The notes under the pieces are model-generated. The model searched no databases, was not told the DNA's origin, and saw only the letters and a program-made list of their open reading frames with translations. Positions 48,601-58,669 of a stretch of DNA of 64,000 nucleotides are shown piece after piece. The stretch covers positions 5,148 through 69,147 of the forward strand of contig CAZYBC010000004.1 in the NCBI GenBank assembly GCA_964645645.1, read 5' to 3'. Numbering within the stretch: position 1 is the stretch's first letter; each line of letters starts with the position of its first letter. The stretch is from an uncultured Pseudomonadales bacterium. GTDB lineage: Bacteria > Patescibacteriota > Microgenomatia > UBA1400 > PJMF01. The position numbers and the translations under genes are program-made.

Positions 48601-50514
48601 ATGACATTAAATTTTAAAAAAATTATCTTTGCTTTAGGCCTTACTTTTTTTTGTGCAAGTCAGTGTTTTGTTCATCCGCTACCGATTTCCGCCCAAGAAA
48701 ATCCTGTTCCAGAACCAACCCAACAGCCAGCCAGTGAACAAAATTTTGATACTAGCTTAACCACCATCTACACCGTCAATAAAAATGGCCAAACTTATGT
48801 AGAGCATCAATTTAAAATCAAAAATTTATCCCCAGAATATTACATTAACAAATATGGCCTCCAACTAAACAGCACTTCTATTGATAACATTAAAATTTAC
48901 CATCAAAATAAAGAACTTACTCCAGAAGTCACTAAAACCAACAAGGAAACTAGCATCGGCATTAGCTTGAGCGAAAAAGTTGTTGGAGAAGGAAAAATTA
49001 ATCAGCTTAAAATTAGCTATACGGATCCAGATGTCGCTCAAATTAATGGTCAAGTTTTAGAAATCAATATCCCTAAATTAGCTGATGCTAGCAAATACAA
49101 CCAACGGGATGTCAAATTAATTACACCAATTTATTATGGCTACCCTCAACGGGTTAATCTTACTAACTATGCGAATAGTCTTGATAATCAACAAGTAATT
49201 ACCTATTTTGCCAACCCTGGTGGAGAAGCCATTTCCGCACTCTTTGGCAATCAGCAGATTTACCAACTTAAAGCTGACTACTACTTAAATAACAATACTA
49301 GCAATCCTGGCTTAACTCAGATTGCTTTGCCACCAGATACCCCTTGGCAAAAAATTAATTACCAAGTTTTAGAACCGTTACCAGACGATTTTAAACTTGA
49401 TCAGGATGGTAATTGGATTGCTACTTATAAACTAGCTCCAGCTACCAGTATGACTGTTAAAATTCAGGCTTTAGTCAAAGTTAGCATTAATCAAGATCCC
49501 AATATTCCTGTGATTAGCCCAGGCAAAGAACATCTAGCCACCGCCAAACCTTGGCCAGTAGACAATGGCCAAATTAAAGATCTAGCTAAAACTTATAATT
49601 CTCCTAAAACTATCTATCAATACAGCATTGATACCTTAGATTACACCACCAAAGATTTGAGTAAAAAAATTGATCGTTTAGGGACGATGGAAGCGCTGAA
49701 CAACCCTACTGATGCTACCTGCCAAGAATTTACTGACTTATTTATTACTTTAGCCAGAGCCAATAATATTCCAGCCAGAAGATTAACTGGTTATGCTTAT
49801 TCTAATAACGAAAAGCTTAAACCCCTCAGTCTTAATCAAGACATTTTGCATGCTTGGCCAGAATATTGGGATGAAACTAAAAAAAATTGGATCAGCGTTG
49901 ATCCAACCTGGGAAGATACTACTGGCGGAATTGATTACTTTAATCAATTTGACTTAAACCATTTAGTCTTTGCCATTAATGGAGTAGACAGTAATCTACC
50001 TTATCCTGCTGGAGCATATAAAGAAGAGAGCAATCACGGTAAAACCGTAGAAGTCAGTTTTGCTCAAGATTTTCCAGTCATGCTACCCAAATTTGATTTA
50101 AAACTAGAACCAAGAGAACAGCCGTTTTCTTTGTTACCGGGTCTATATTATTTAACCCTTACTAACCAAACTGGTCAGGCTTGGTATAATTTAGACTTAG
50201 ATTTTGAAAGTGAAGCTGCCATTTTAATTGAAAACAGCTTTAATATTGATGCTTTTACGCTGCTACCTTTCCAAAATCTACAATTACCAGTCATTATTTA
50301 TAATCAAAATGGATGGAAACTCTCAGATACTCAATTAAACATTTTACTTAAATACAATCATGAAACCAAAGTCCAGCAACAATACCAAATTAAAACCGCA
50401 CCCAAGCTCCACCACTTTATCTACAACCCAGTCTTCTTGGCTAGCTTGGTCATCGGTGGTCTCATCGTTACCCTCATCGCCGGGAGTATATTGGTTTTTA
50501 GACGGAAAAAATAG
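48601..50514 (+). CDS. Secreted transglutaminase-like cysteine protease-fold protein with a C-terminal TM anchor
   Basis: Signal peptide, transglutaminase core CQEFTDLFITLARANNIPARRLTGYAY, C-terminal hydrophobic helix then RRKK. Confidence 0.65.
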   Translation: MTLNFKKIIFALGLTFFCASQCFVHPLPISAQENPVPEPTQQPASEQNFDTSLTTIYTVNKNGQTYVEHQFKIKNLSPEYYINKYGLQLNSTSIDNIKIYHQNKELTPEVTKTNKETSIGISLSEKVVGEGKINQLKISYTDPDVAQINGQVLEINIPKLADASKYNQRDVKLITPIYYGYPQRVNLTNYANSLDNQQVITYFANPGGEAISALFGNQQIYQLKADYYLNNNTSNPGLTQIALPPDTPWQKINYQVLEPLPDDFKLDQDGNWIATYKLAPATSMTVKIQALVKVSINQDPNIPVISPGKEHLATAKPWPVDNGQIKDLAKTYNSPKTIYQYSIDTLDYTTKDLSKKIDRLGTMEALNNPTDATCQEFTDLFITLARANNIPARRLTGYAYSNNEKLKPLSLNQDILHAWPEYWDETKKNWISVDPTWEDTTGGIDYFNQFDLNHLVFAINGVDSNLPYPAGAYKEESNHGKTVEVSFAQDFPVMLPKFDLKLEPREQPFSLLPGLYYLTLTNQTGQAWYNLDLDFESEAAILIENSFNIDAFTLLPFQNLQLPVIIYNQNGWKLSDTQLNILLKYNHETKVQQQYQIKTAPKLHHFIYNPVFLASLVIGGLIVTLIAGSILVFRRKK

Positions 50515-51820
50515 AGTTTTATACGTTGGTAAAGCCAAAAATTTAAAAAAACGTTTACAAAACTATACTCAGCTTAAACGTCTATCACCGCGCATCAAAG
50601 ACATGGTGCATACGGCGGTTAAATTGCAGTGGGAAGTTTTAGAAAGTGAACTAGAAGCTTTGTTAATTGAAGCGGAATTAATTCGCCTGCATCAGCCAGC
50701 TTTTAATATTTTACTCAAAGATGACAAAACTCCACTTTATTTAGTCATTACTGATGAAACTTATCCACGTCTTTTACGGATTCGCAAAAAAGAAATTCCC
50801 CAATACCAAAACCGCGGTAAAATTTTAGGCCCTTACCAAAGTAGTTATAAACTCAATGAAGTATTAAAAATAGCTCGCCGGATTTTTCCCTGGTGCGACG
50901 AAGCTGGCAAAAAAACTCATTTTTCTACCAACCAGCCAACACCCAAAGCCTGTTTTTATTACCATCTGCAACTGTGTTCTGGAGCCTGTATCGGCAAAGT
51001 TTCTTCAGCAGATTATCAAGCCATGATTAAACAACTCACTTTGTTTTTACAAGGCAAGAAAAAAAACGTGGTTAAAAACATGACTACCCAGATGAAAGAT
51101 TTAGCTGATCAACTCAAATTTGAACAAGCTAATCAAATTAAACTTCAGTTAGCCATGATTGAAGAAGTCACCAGCCATAATTACCACCTTAAACCAGAAT
51201 TAATTTTACCAGCGCTCAATCAAAATCAAGCCCAACACGCTTTGCTGCATCTTTATAAAATCCTCGCAACTCACTTAAATTTACCCAAAAATTACCAATT
51301 TCACCGCATGGAAGGCTATGACGTTAGCAACATTATGGGCAAAAATGCCAGCGTTTCCATGGTGGTTTTTGAGGACGGTCAGCCAGCCAAAGACCAATAT
51401 CGACTTTTTAATATCAAAACTCTTGATACACCCAATGATTACCAGATGATGAAAGAAGCCCTCACTCGCCGTCAAAATCATTCCGAATGGCCTTGGCCTA
51501 ATCTAATTATTATGGATGGGGGAAAAGGGCAAGTACGCTCGGCGTTAAGTGTTTGGAAAAACACCAATACACCCATTATTGGCTTAGTAAAACACCCAGA
51601 CCGCGTGGTAATTCCAAGCCGAGTGGAAAGTATGGTCGGGAATACCACCGGGGCTATTGGCTCCGACAAATCCAAGCGACTCAAAATTACTTGGCAAGTG
51701 ATCAAACTCCCAACAGATCATCCCAGCTTAAAACTTTTGGAACAGGTGCGGGATGAATCACATCGTTTTGCAAAAAAGCAACATATGAAATTGAGAAATA
51801 AGAGTTTTATTGAAGAGTAA
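50360..51820 (+). CDS. uvrC: Excinuclease ABC subunit C. The true start is probably downstream, for example the in-frame GTG at 50456, because the track start overlaps the preceding gene by 155 nt.
   Basis: GIY-YIG motif PGVYWFLDGKNRVLYVGKAKNLKKRL, UvrC central and RNaseH-like domains. Confidence 0.85.
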   Translation: MKPKSSNNTKLKPHPSSTTLSTTQSSWLAWSSVVSSLPSSPGVYWFLDGKNRVLYVGKAKNLKKRLQNYTQLKRLSPRIKDMVHTAVKLQWEVLESELEALLIEAELIRLHQPAFNILLKDDKTPLYLVITDETYPRLLRIRKKEIPQYQNRGKILGPYQSSYKLNEVLKIARRIFPWCDEAGKKTHFSTNQPTPKACFYYHLQLCSGACIGKVSSADYQAMIKQLTLFLQGKKKNVVKNMTTQMKDLADQLKFEQANQIKLQLAMIEEVTSHNYHLKPELILPALNQNQAQHALLHLYKILATHLNLPKNYQFHRMEGYDVSNIMGKNASVSMVVFEDGQPAKDQYRLFNIKTLDTPNDYQMMKEALTRRQNHSEWPWPNLIIMDGGKGQVRSALSVWKNTNTPIIGLVKHPDRVVIPSRVESMVGNTTGAIGSDKSKRLKITWQVIKLPTDHPSLKLLEQVRDESHRFAKKQHMKLRNKSFIEE

Positions 51821-51902
51821 GCCAACCTAGCTTGCCAACCCCACTACAGCTGTTCTAAACTTTAAAATAGTTACTTACTGCAAAATAAAAAATATAACCT
51901 CT

Positions 51903-52268
51903 ATGAAAATCCTTAAATCTATTCTTATCACCGGCCTCAGCATTGCTTTATTAGCTTATCTTTTGCCAACAGTTTCTTATCAAAATTTAACTGCCCTAAT
52001 TCTAGCCAGCATTGTACTGACTTTACTGAATAAAATTGTTAAACCAATTTTAAAAATTCTATTTTTACCAGTTAATATTGTCACTTTAGGTCTATTTTCT
52101 TGGGTAATTAATTTAGCCTTACTAGCTTTGGCCACTTATTTAGTGCCTGGTTTCCAAATTAAAGCCATGGTGCTTTTTGGCCAACCAATCGGCTGGTTGG
52201 GTTCTTTATTTATCACTTCTTTTTTGATTGCCATTGCCCAAAGTTTTATTGGCTTATTTATTAAATAA
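51903..52268 (+). CDS. Small 4-TM membrane protein (DUF360/YvlD-like)
   Basis: Four hydrophobic helices, 121 aa. Confidence 0.45.
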   Translation: MKILKSILITGLSIALLAYLLPTVSYQNLTALILASIVLTLLNKIVKPILKILFLPVNIVTLGLFSWVINLALLALATYLVPGFQIKAMVLFGQPIGWLGSLFITSFLIAIAQSFIGLFIK

Positions 52269-52373
52269 CAGCGCTCCCAAGAGCTAAAAAACCTTTTAGA
52301 TAAAATTTTTTGATTAAACTTCTCTAAAGCCTGGTAACTACCATCACCGCTTAAAAATTGCTATAATGTTAGT

Positions 52374-53384
52374 ATGAAAATTCGTCATTTATTGTTTGTA
52401 TTATGTTTACCTCTAGTTACTAGCCTCGCTAGTAGCCAAAAAGTCTGGGCTCAAACCACCGAGCAAGTCGCTGTAGAACAAGCCCAAGTTGCTCCTACCA
52501 AAAAACCTACTTTAGACACTGTCGAAATTGAAATTTTAGATCATGATGTACAAGCTACTTTATCAGCCACTCAAGAAGCTACAGGAGAAACTAAATTGGC
52601 TTCTCCTTCCGCTGAAGTAGTCCAAAAAATTCAAGAAAAAAAAGACGAGGATATTACTGAAACTGGGGGCAAACAAAAAAGCAAATTAGTCACTTATATT
52701 GAAGAACATCCACCCGGACCATTAAGTTGGAATAACTTTTTATTGCATGCCTTAATTAAGGCAATTGAGAAAGGTTTACCAGCCAACCTTGTGGTTTTGT
52801 TATTGCTCTTTCCTTTAATTGCTTCTCTTATTGCGGTCTCCAGACATATTTTGGGCTTGCAAGGTTTTGGTATTTATATCCCCGCAGTTTTATCCGTAGC
52901 CTTTGTATCCACAGGAATTTTTAATGGGGTAATTATCTTTTTAGCAGTGCTAATTTTTGCCACTTTAACCAGATTCCTAATCAAAAAACTCAAATTACCA
53001 TATTTACCTAGAACTGCCATGTTATTGTGGGGAGTTTCAATTTTAGTCTTAGGTTTATTAGTTTTATCTTCCCAATTTAATATTTTAGACTTATTAAGCA
53101 TTAATATTTTTCCAATCTTAATTATCATGTTGTTAACAGAAAATTTCATGGAATCTCAGCTATTTAATAGTCAAAAAGAAGCCTTAAAACTTACTTTTGA
53201 AACTTTATTAATTGCGGTTTCTTGTGCTGTTTTGATTAGCCAAGATGCTGTACAAATGTTTGTTATTTTAAGACCAGAATTAACCCTCATTGGCACAGCC
53301 GTCCTTAACTACATGATTGGTAAATATACCGGCTTAAGACTTTTGGAATATCTCCGCTTTAGTCAAATCATTAACAACAAATAA
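52374..53384 (+). CDS. Signal-peptide protein with an extracytoplasmic domain followed by a multi-TM domain. Candidate membrane partner of the ATP-grasp/QEGLA cluster.
   Basis: N-terminal signal peptide, about 100-aa soluble region, then 6-7 TM helices. Confidence 0.45.
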   Translation: MKIRHLLFVLCLPLVTSLASSQKVWAQTTEQVAVEQAQVAPTKKPTLDTVEIEILDHDVQATLSATQEATGETKLASPSAEVVQKIQEKKDEDITETGGKQKSKLVTYIEEHPPGPLSWNNFLLHALIKAIEKGLPANLVVLLLLFPLIASLIAVSRHILGLQGFGIYIPAVLSVAFVSTGIFNGVIIFLAVLIFATLTRFLIKKLKLPYLPRTAMLLWGVSILVLGLLVLSSQFNILDLLSINIFPILIIMLLTENFMESQLFNSQKEALKLTFETLLIAVSCAVLISQDAVQMFVILRPELTLIGTAVLNYMIGKYTGLRLLEYLRFSQIINNK

Positions 53385-53386
53385 CT

Positions 53387-54667
53387 ATGCTCAAAGCTAA
53401 CACCATTTTGGGCATGAATGCTCGAAATCAACTCTACACGACTCTTAATTCCAAAAAGGCACGTAGTATTTGTTCGTCAAAATATGCTACTAAAATTCTA
53501 TTGACTAATAAAAATATTCCCACTGCTCAAATCTATGCCGTAATGGCTACCTCTGAGGATATTAATGAATTTGATTGGTCAACTTTAACTACCAACTTCG
53601 TGATTAAACCAACCAACGGCAATGCGGGTAAAGGGGTAATCGCATTTAGAAAATATTCCGAAAAAGGTCATTATTGGCTAGATACGCTAAGAAGAAAGTG
53701 GACCCTGGATGATCTAAAATTACATTGTTTTGATATTTTGGAAGGGCAATATAGCACTTATGGTTCTAACCACAAAATTATTATTGAAGAGCGTGTCCCT
53801 ATTCATCCTAAATTGCTTAAATATTCCAGCCAAGGTACGCCAGATATTAGAATCATTGTTTTTAATAGTGTGCCAGTGATGGCAATGATGCGTTTACCTA
53901 CCTTAGAATCAGAAGGTCGAGCTAATTTATCTCAGGGAGCAATTGGTTTAGGGATTGATCTAGCTACGGGATTGACTACTCACGCCATTATCCATAAAAA
54001 CCAGGTTATCAAATATCTACCTGGTACAGAAAAAAAATTAATTGGCATTAAAATTCCTTTTTGGCAAAAATTACTTTTAACCGCCGTGCAAGCTTCTCAT
54101 GCCGCAGATTTATCTTTTGCCGGCATTGATTTATTTGTTCACAAAGAAAAAGGGCCAATGGTGGTAGAACTTAATTCTAATCCTGGGTTGTCTATTCAAA
54201 ATGCTAATGATGCTGGCTTAAGACGCCGTTTGCAAAGAGTAGAGGATCTCAACGTTCTTAATGCTGAACATGGCGTCAGAATCGGCCAAGCTTTATTTGC
54301 CGAACACTACGCTGACCAAATTGTAGCTGAAGAAGGCATTAAAATTATTCAAGCTAAAGAAGAAATTAGCCTTTTTGACAGCCAAAATCATCCTCATAAA
54401 GTCAATGCTTTAATTAACACTGGCCGACAACAAAGTGTCGTAGCCTTTGATTTAATGGAAGATCTCAATTTAATTGAAATCGATGATCCTTTATGGTTTA
54501 ACACTTCCCGCGAAGAAGGCAAAATTCCAATTGTAGAAATTAAAATTAAACTTAAACAACGAACTATTAAAACAACTGCCATTGTTTCTAAAAGATTAAA
54601 TCGCAAAAAATGTAAAATTGAGATTGGCAGACATGATTTAGCTGGCTTTTTAATTAAAGCACTGTAA
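53387..54667 (+). CDS. ATP-grasp ligase, alpha-L-glutamate-ligase-related (RimK-like) family
   Basis: N-terminal ILGMNARNQLY motif of the RimK-related family. ATP-grasp core FVIKPTNGNAGKGV. Confidence 0.65.
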   Translation: MLKANTILGMNARNQLYTTLNSKKARSICSSKYATKILLTNKNIPTAQIYAVMATSEDINEFDWSTLTTNFVIKPTNGNAGKGVIAFRKYSEKGHYWLDTLRRKWTLDDLKLHCFDILEGQYSTYGSNHKIIIEERVPIHPKLLKYSSQGTPDIRIIVFNSVPVMAMMRLPTLESEGRANLSQGAIGLGIDLATGLTTHAIIHKNQVIKYLPGTEKKLIGIKIPFWQKLLLTAVQASHAADLSFAGIDLFVHKEKGPMVVELNSNPGLSIQNANDAGLRRRLQRVEDLNVLNAEHGVRIGQALFAEHYADQIVAEEGIKIIQAKEEISLFDSQNHPHKVNALINTGRQQSVVAFDLMEDLNLIEIDDPLWFNTSREEGKIPIVEIKIKLKQRTIKTTAIVSKRLNRKKCKIEIGRHDLAGFLIKAL

Positions 54668-54710
54668 ATCTGATTGTCTATTAAAAAAATCAGATTTTAG
54701 AAAATTATTT

Positions 54711-55649
54711 ATGGGTCTAATCCGTGATTTAACACCACTCAATCTGCTTACTGAAAAACAAAAATTTTTTGCCGATACAACTTACAACCCACAATTTAAA
54801 TACATTAGAAAATTTAGCAAGGCTGAGCTTTATCAATATGGTTTTCCTAAAGCTAAATTAGTAGCTTTTGCCGAAATGATCCTCAAAAAATATCCCGGAA
54901 GAACTATTTCCAATCGTGAAATATTATCTAAAACTTACATCAAACAACAAATTACAGATCTATTTCAAAAATTAGGTTTAACTAAAATTCCCATTTATTT
55001 TTCTACAGATTTTTCTTTTAGTGCCATGCTATCTAGCGAAGGCTTATTTTTTAGAGAACCGGTTTTTTTAAGTAAAGAAGAATTAATTTCTAAACTCAAC
55101 CATGAAATTCAAACTCATTTGTTAAGAAGAATTAATCATCAACACTTTTTTGGCAAAAAAATTAAAATTGAAGACGAAGTAGAATTTAAAAAAACTGAAG
55201 AAGGTTTAGCTGTCCTTAACTACTACATTCAGAAAAAAAATAAATTTAGCCGTAAATCATTTGTCAGTTACTATTCTGTATATCTAACTCAAAAATATTC
55301 TTTTGCCAAAAGCTTTGCTATTCTTAGAAGTTATCAAGTTAATGAAAAAATGGCTTGGAATCTTTTAGTCCAAAAAAAACGAGGTTTAGAAGATACTAGC
55401 CAGCCCGGTGGTTTTACCAAAGATTTAGTTTATCTAGAAGGCATGGTCAAAGTTGCCAAATGGCTATTAAAAAACCAAACCCCCAATTTGTTATATGCTG
55501 GTAGAATAAGTTTAAAACAAGCCGATCAACTAAAAAACACCATTGATCAAAAACAAATTTTACTGCCTACTTTTTTAGCTGATCAAAAATTTTATCTTAA
55601 CCAAATTAAAAAAATTGTTGAAGCCAATCACTTAGATGAACTTTTTTAA
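54711..55649 (+). CDS. QEGLA-motif (DUF1704) family protein, predicted carboxypeptidase-like
   Basis: TEEGLAV matches the family's QEGLA motif. Gene context with the RimK-related ligase matches the known conserved neighbourhood. Confidence 0.55.
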   Translation: MGLIRDLTPLNLLTEKQKFFADTTYNPQFKYIRKFSKAELYQYGFPKAKLVAFAEMILKKYPGRTISNREILSKTYIKQQITDLFQKLGLTKIPIYFSTDFSFSAMLSSEGLFFREPVFLSKEELISKLNHEIQTHLLRRINHQHFFGKKIKIEDEVEFKKTEEGLAVLNYYIQKKNKFSRKSFVSYYSVYLTQKYSFAKSFAILRSYQVNEKMAWNLLVQKKRGLEDTSQPGGFTKDLVYLEGMVKVAKWLLKNQTPNLLYAGRISLKQADQLKNTIDQKQILLPTFLADQKFYLNQIKKIVEANHLDELF

Positions 55650-55651
55650 CT

Positions 55652-56635
55652 ATGCCACAAAATTCTCAAATCCCAAACTTAGACGCCAGCGCCAGAATTA
55701 TTAGTGAAGAAGCACAAAAAAGAGGCATTCATTGCAGCTATTTTGAGCATCGCAACTTAATCTTAATGGAAAAAAATGGTCAACAATGGTATACCTGCGG
55801 ATCAAGAACCTCTTTTCAATCCTCAGTGGGTCTAACTATTGCTAACAACAAAAGTTTAACCAAAAAAATACTTAATCGTTTTGACTTACCAACTGCCAAA
55901 GCAGTTAGAGTTAATCAACAGAGCGACCTAGTCCAAATCAAAAATTTACAATTTCCTTTAGTAATGAAACCCATTGATGGCGCTCATGGCAGTGGGGTAG
56001 TGGTTGGCCTAAAAACCTATCAAGAAGCTGAAGCTGCTTGGCAAGCTAATCCTAAAATTATGATTTTTGAAGAAACTCTCCAAGGCATAGAATATCGCGT
56101 TGTCTGTATTGATTATAAATTTACAGCCGCCGCTTTCCGCAAACCAGCTCATGTAATAGGAGATGGCCAGCAAACCATCGCTCAACTCATTGCAGAAAAA
56201 AACCAACACCCATGGCGCTCTGAAGGCCATCAAGGTAATTTAACTAAAATCATGGTTGATGATCTAGTCACAGCCAACCTGGCCGAACAAAATTTCAAAG
56301 TAGATGATGTGCCAGCCAAAGACAGCTATGTCTTTTTACGTAAAACTGCTAACCTTTCTACAGGCGGTGAAGCTTGGGATGTAACTGATGAAGTCTGCCC
56401 AGAAAACATTGCCCTATTTGAAAAAATTGCCCGTTGCTGTGATTTAAATACCATCGGGATTGATATCATGTGCCAAACTTTAACTACCCCCATTACTCAG
56501 CAAGCCCAAGCTGGAGTAATTGAAGTTAATGCTTCACCTGGTTTAAGAATGCATCATTATCCTATTAAAGGCAAAGCTAGAAATGTAGCTGGACAAATTT
56601 TAGATATGGTAGAAAAGTATGTCCTAATTAAATAG
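55652..56635 (+). CDS. Second ATP-grasp ligase (RimK/cyanophycin-synthetase-like)
   Basis: LVMKPIDGAHGSGVVVG ATP-grasp nucleotide-binding segment. A ligase-type C-terminal half. Confidence 0.6.
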   Translation: MPQNSQIPNLDASARIISEEAQKRGIHCSYFEHRNLILMEKNGQQWYTCGSRTSFQSSVGLTIANNKSLTKKILNRFDLPTAKAVRVNQQSDLVQIKNLQFPLVMKPIDGAHGSGVVVGLKTYQEAEAAWQANPKIMIFEETLQGIEYRVVCIDYKFTAAAFRKPAHVIGDGQQTIAQLIAEKNQHPWRSEGHQGNLTKIMVDDLVTANLAEQNFKVDDVPAKDSYVFLRKTANLSTGGEAWDVTDEVCPENIALFEKIARCCDLNTIGIDIMCQTLTTPITQQAQAGVIEVNASPGLRMHHYPIKGKARNVAGQILDMVEKYVLIK

Positions 56636-56697
56636 TTCTTAACTTCAAAGATGTTCTTTTTCTTTAAATATGTTACTATATACAAGTAACTCAAACT

Positions 56698-57951
56698 ATG
56701 AAAAAGTCATTCATTCTTCTCACCCTTACTGCCTTTGTTAGTTTGTTAATTGCCAGCTTTGGCTTAGCTAAACCAGCTTTAGCTTTACAATGTTTAGAGG
56801 AACGCAATCACACTCCTAGCACTAGTAACATTGAAGGCACTTATCTTTTTTACTGTAACCAACTTTCTTGTACTCATAGCCCAGATGCTAATAATAATGA
56901 TGTTTATGCTTTACGTTGTGATAGCAGTAATGCTGTTTATTACACTTACCGTTCTGGCAAAATTACAGATCAATGTGCCATTTTCCCAACTGGAGCAGGG
57001 GGTTATCACTATTTACCTACCGGCCAAGCTTGTGAATGTTTAGCTTATCAAATTGACTGGATGAGCAGAAATAGCAGCAATAATTTAGTTAATGTTGGTT
57101 GGACCATGGACGATGCTCCTCAAAGTAGCTGCGCTATTACCCTCACTCCTACGCCAACCATCAGCAAAACTCCAACTCCCACAAAAACTCCCACTCCAAC
57201 TAAAACTCCTACCCCTACCAAGACACCAACTCCTAGCTTAACTCCTACGCCAACTACTAAACCTCATTCTAGCTCTTGTGATGATCTTAATATTATTAGT
57301 GGCAACGATTCTTTAGTCCCAGCTACAGTTAAATTTGAAGCCAAGGCCAGTGATAGTGATAATTTAATCAGGAAATATAAATTCTATTTTGGCGATGGCG
57401 ATAGTGAAGAAAGCTATTCCAACCAAATCAGTCACTATTATGATGTCTCTGGTACTTTTACTGCCAGAGTAGAAATTCAAGATAGCCAATCTAACTGGCA
57501 AACCAGCAGTGCTTGCACCGCTAGTGTCACTATTAAATCCTCAGAAGTAGAAAGCCATAAATCAGCTTGTAGCGATCTTTTTATTACCGCCGGTAACTAT
57601 AGTTATGCGCCTACCACCATTAATTTCACAATCAATGGTTATGATAACAAAGGAAATTTGCAAGCTTATCGAATTAATTATGGTGATAATCAGCAAGAAG
57701 AACTTAGTTATAATACCTTTAGTCATTATTATGCTCAGGCTGGTACTTACACCGTTTCTGCCTATGTTAAAGATTCTCATGGTAATTGGTTAGGCGGAAG
57801 CAATGGCTGTGTCAAATCAGTGACTATTAAAAATCACGTTTTAACTCGCCAACCAGAAACCGGTGCTAACTTATTAGTTTCTGGTTTAAGCCTTATGTCT
57901 GGCATCAGTGGTTTGATCCTTAGCTATCTAAAGAAACGCTTTAAAGCCTAA
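56698..57951 (+). CDS. Secreted cell-surface protein with a Pro-Thr repeat linker and two PKD-like domains. It has a C-terminal sortase-type sorting signal (QPETG, hydrophobic span, KKRFKA).
   Basis: Signal peptide, (TPTPTK)n at about 57140-57265, PKD-like FYFGDGDSEE...HYY motifs, C-terminal LTRQPETGANLLVSGLSLMSGISGLILSYLKKRFKA. Confidence 0.65.
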   Translation: MKKSFILLTLTAFVSLLIASFGLAKPALALQCLEERNHTPSTSNIEGTYLFYCNQLSCTHSPDANNNDVYALRCDSSNAVYYTYRSGKITDQCAIFPTGAGGYHYLPTGQACECLAYQIDWMSRNSSNNLVNVGWTMDDAPQSSCAITLTPTPTISKTPTPTKTPTPTKTPTPTKTPTPSLTPTPTTKPHSSSCDDLNIISGNDSLVPATVKFEAKASDSDNLIRKYKFYFGDGDSEESYSNQISHYYDVSGTFTARVEIQDSQSNWQTSSACTASVTIKSSEVESHKSACSDLFITAGNYSYAPTTINFTINGYDNKGNLQAYRINYGDNQQEELSYNTFSHYYAQAGTYTVSAYVKDSHGNWLGGSNGCVKSVTIKNHVLTRQPETGANLLVSGLSLMSGISGLILSYLKKRFKA

Positions 57952-57985
57952 TTCATTTAGTCGAATTTAGGCTTTAACTAAAAAC

Positions 57986-58618
57986 ATGAAAGTGTTAAGC
58001 AAAATCCCTGCTTGGGTACCACTAGCGTTAGCAGGCATCTTCATCATTTGGTTGTTGAATACTTTTGTGCCGATTATTATAGTGGAAAGCCGCTACCAAA
58101 TTCAAAAATTCTTCCGTGAACAACTTAAAATTACTAGTTTAAAAGAACTGTTTGTGCCAGACTTTAGCGCCTTTAGTGACATTGGCTCTAGTTATAAAGA
58201 TTTTGGCCTGTATATCCCCAGCATTTATCTTAATGAACCAATCATTGCTAATGTCGATGCCAATAACAAAAAAAACTATCAACAGGCACTCAAACAAGGC
58301 ATCGCCCATGCCGCCGGGACGCCATTACCAGGCAATAGCGGACTTGGCTATTACTTTGCCCATTCTTCTAGTGCTGGCTTAATTTCTGCCAAAAGTGCTG
58401 TGTTTTATCTTTTAGGTAAATTAAAAGCCGGCGATCTTGTTTACATCTGGCACAACAATCAAAAGTTTACTTACCAAGTCACTCAAACTCAGATCACCCC
58501 TGCCAACCAAACTGATTTTCTTACAGCCCATTATGAACAAGAAACCATTGTCCTACAAACCTGTTGGCCAATAGGAACTAACCACCAACGCTTGTTGGTC
58601 TTTGCGCAAAGGCAATAA
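57986..58618 (+). CDS. Sortase-family transpeptidase
   Basis: N-terminal TM anchor, catalytic TLxTC-like VLQTCWP, downstream Arg, His in GIAHAAG. Confidence 0.6.
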   Translation: MKVLSKIPAWVPLALAGIFIIWLLNTFVPIIIVESRYQIQKFFREQLKITSLKELFVPDFSAFSDIGSSYKDFGLYIPSIYLNEPIIANVDANNKKNYQQALKQGIAHAAGTPLPGNSGLGYYFAHSSSAGLISAKSAVFYLLGKLKAGDLVYIWHNNQKFTYQVTQTQITPANQTDFLTAHYEQETIVLQTCWPIGTNHQRLLVFAQRQ

Positions 58619-58669
58619 AAACTAGGCTTAAAAAAGAGAGTTTTTAGGCCAAAAAAATAAAAGGAAAAA

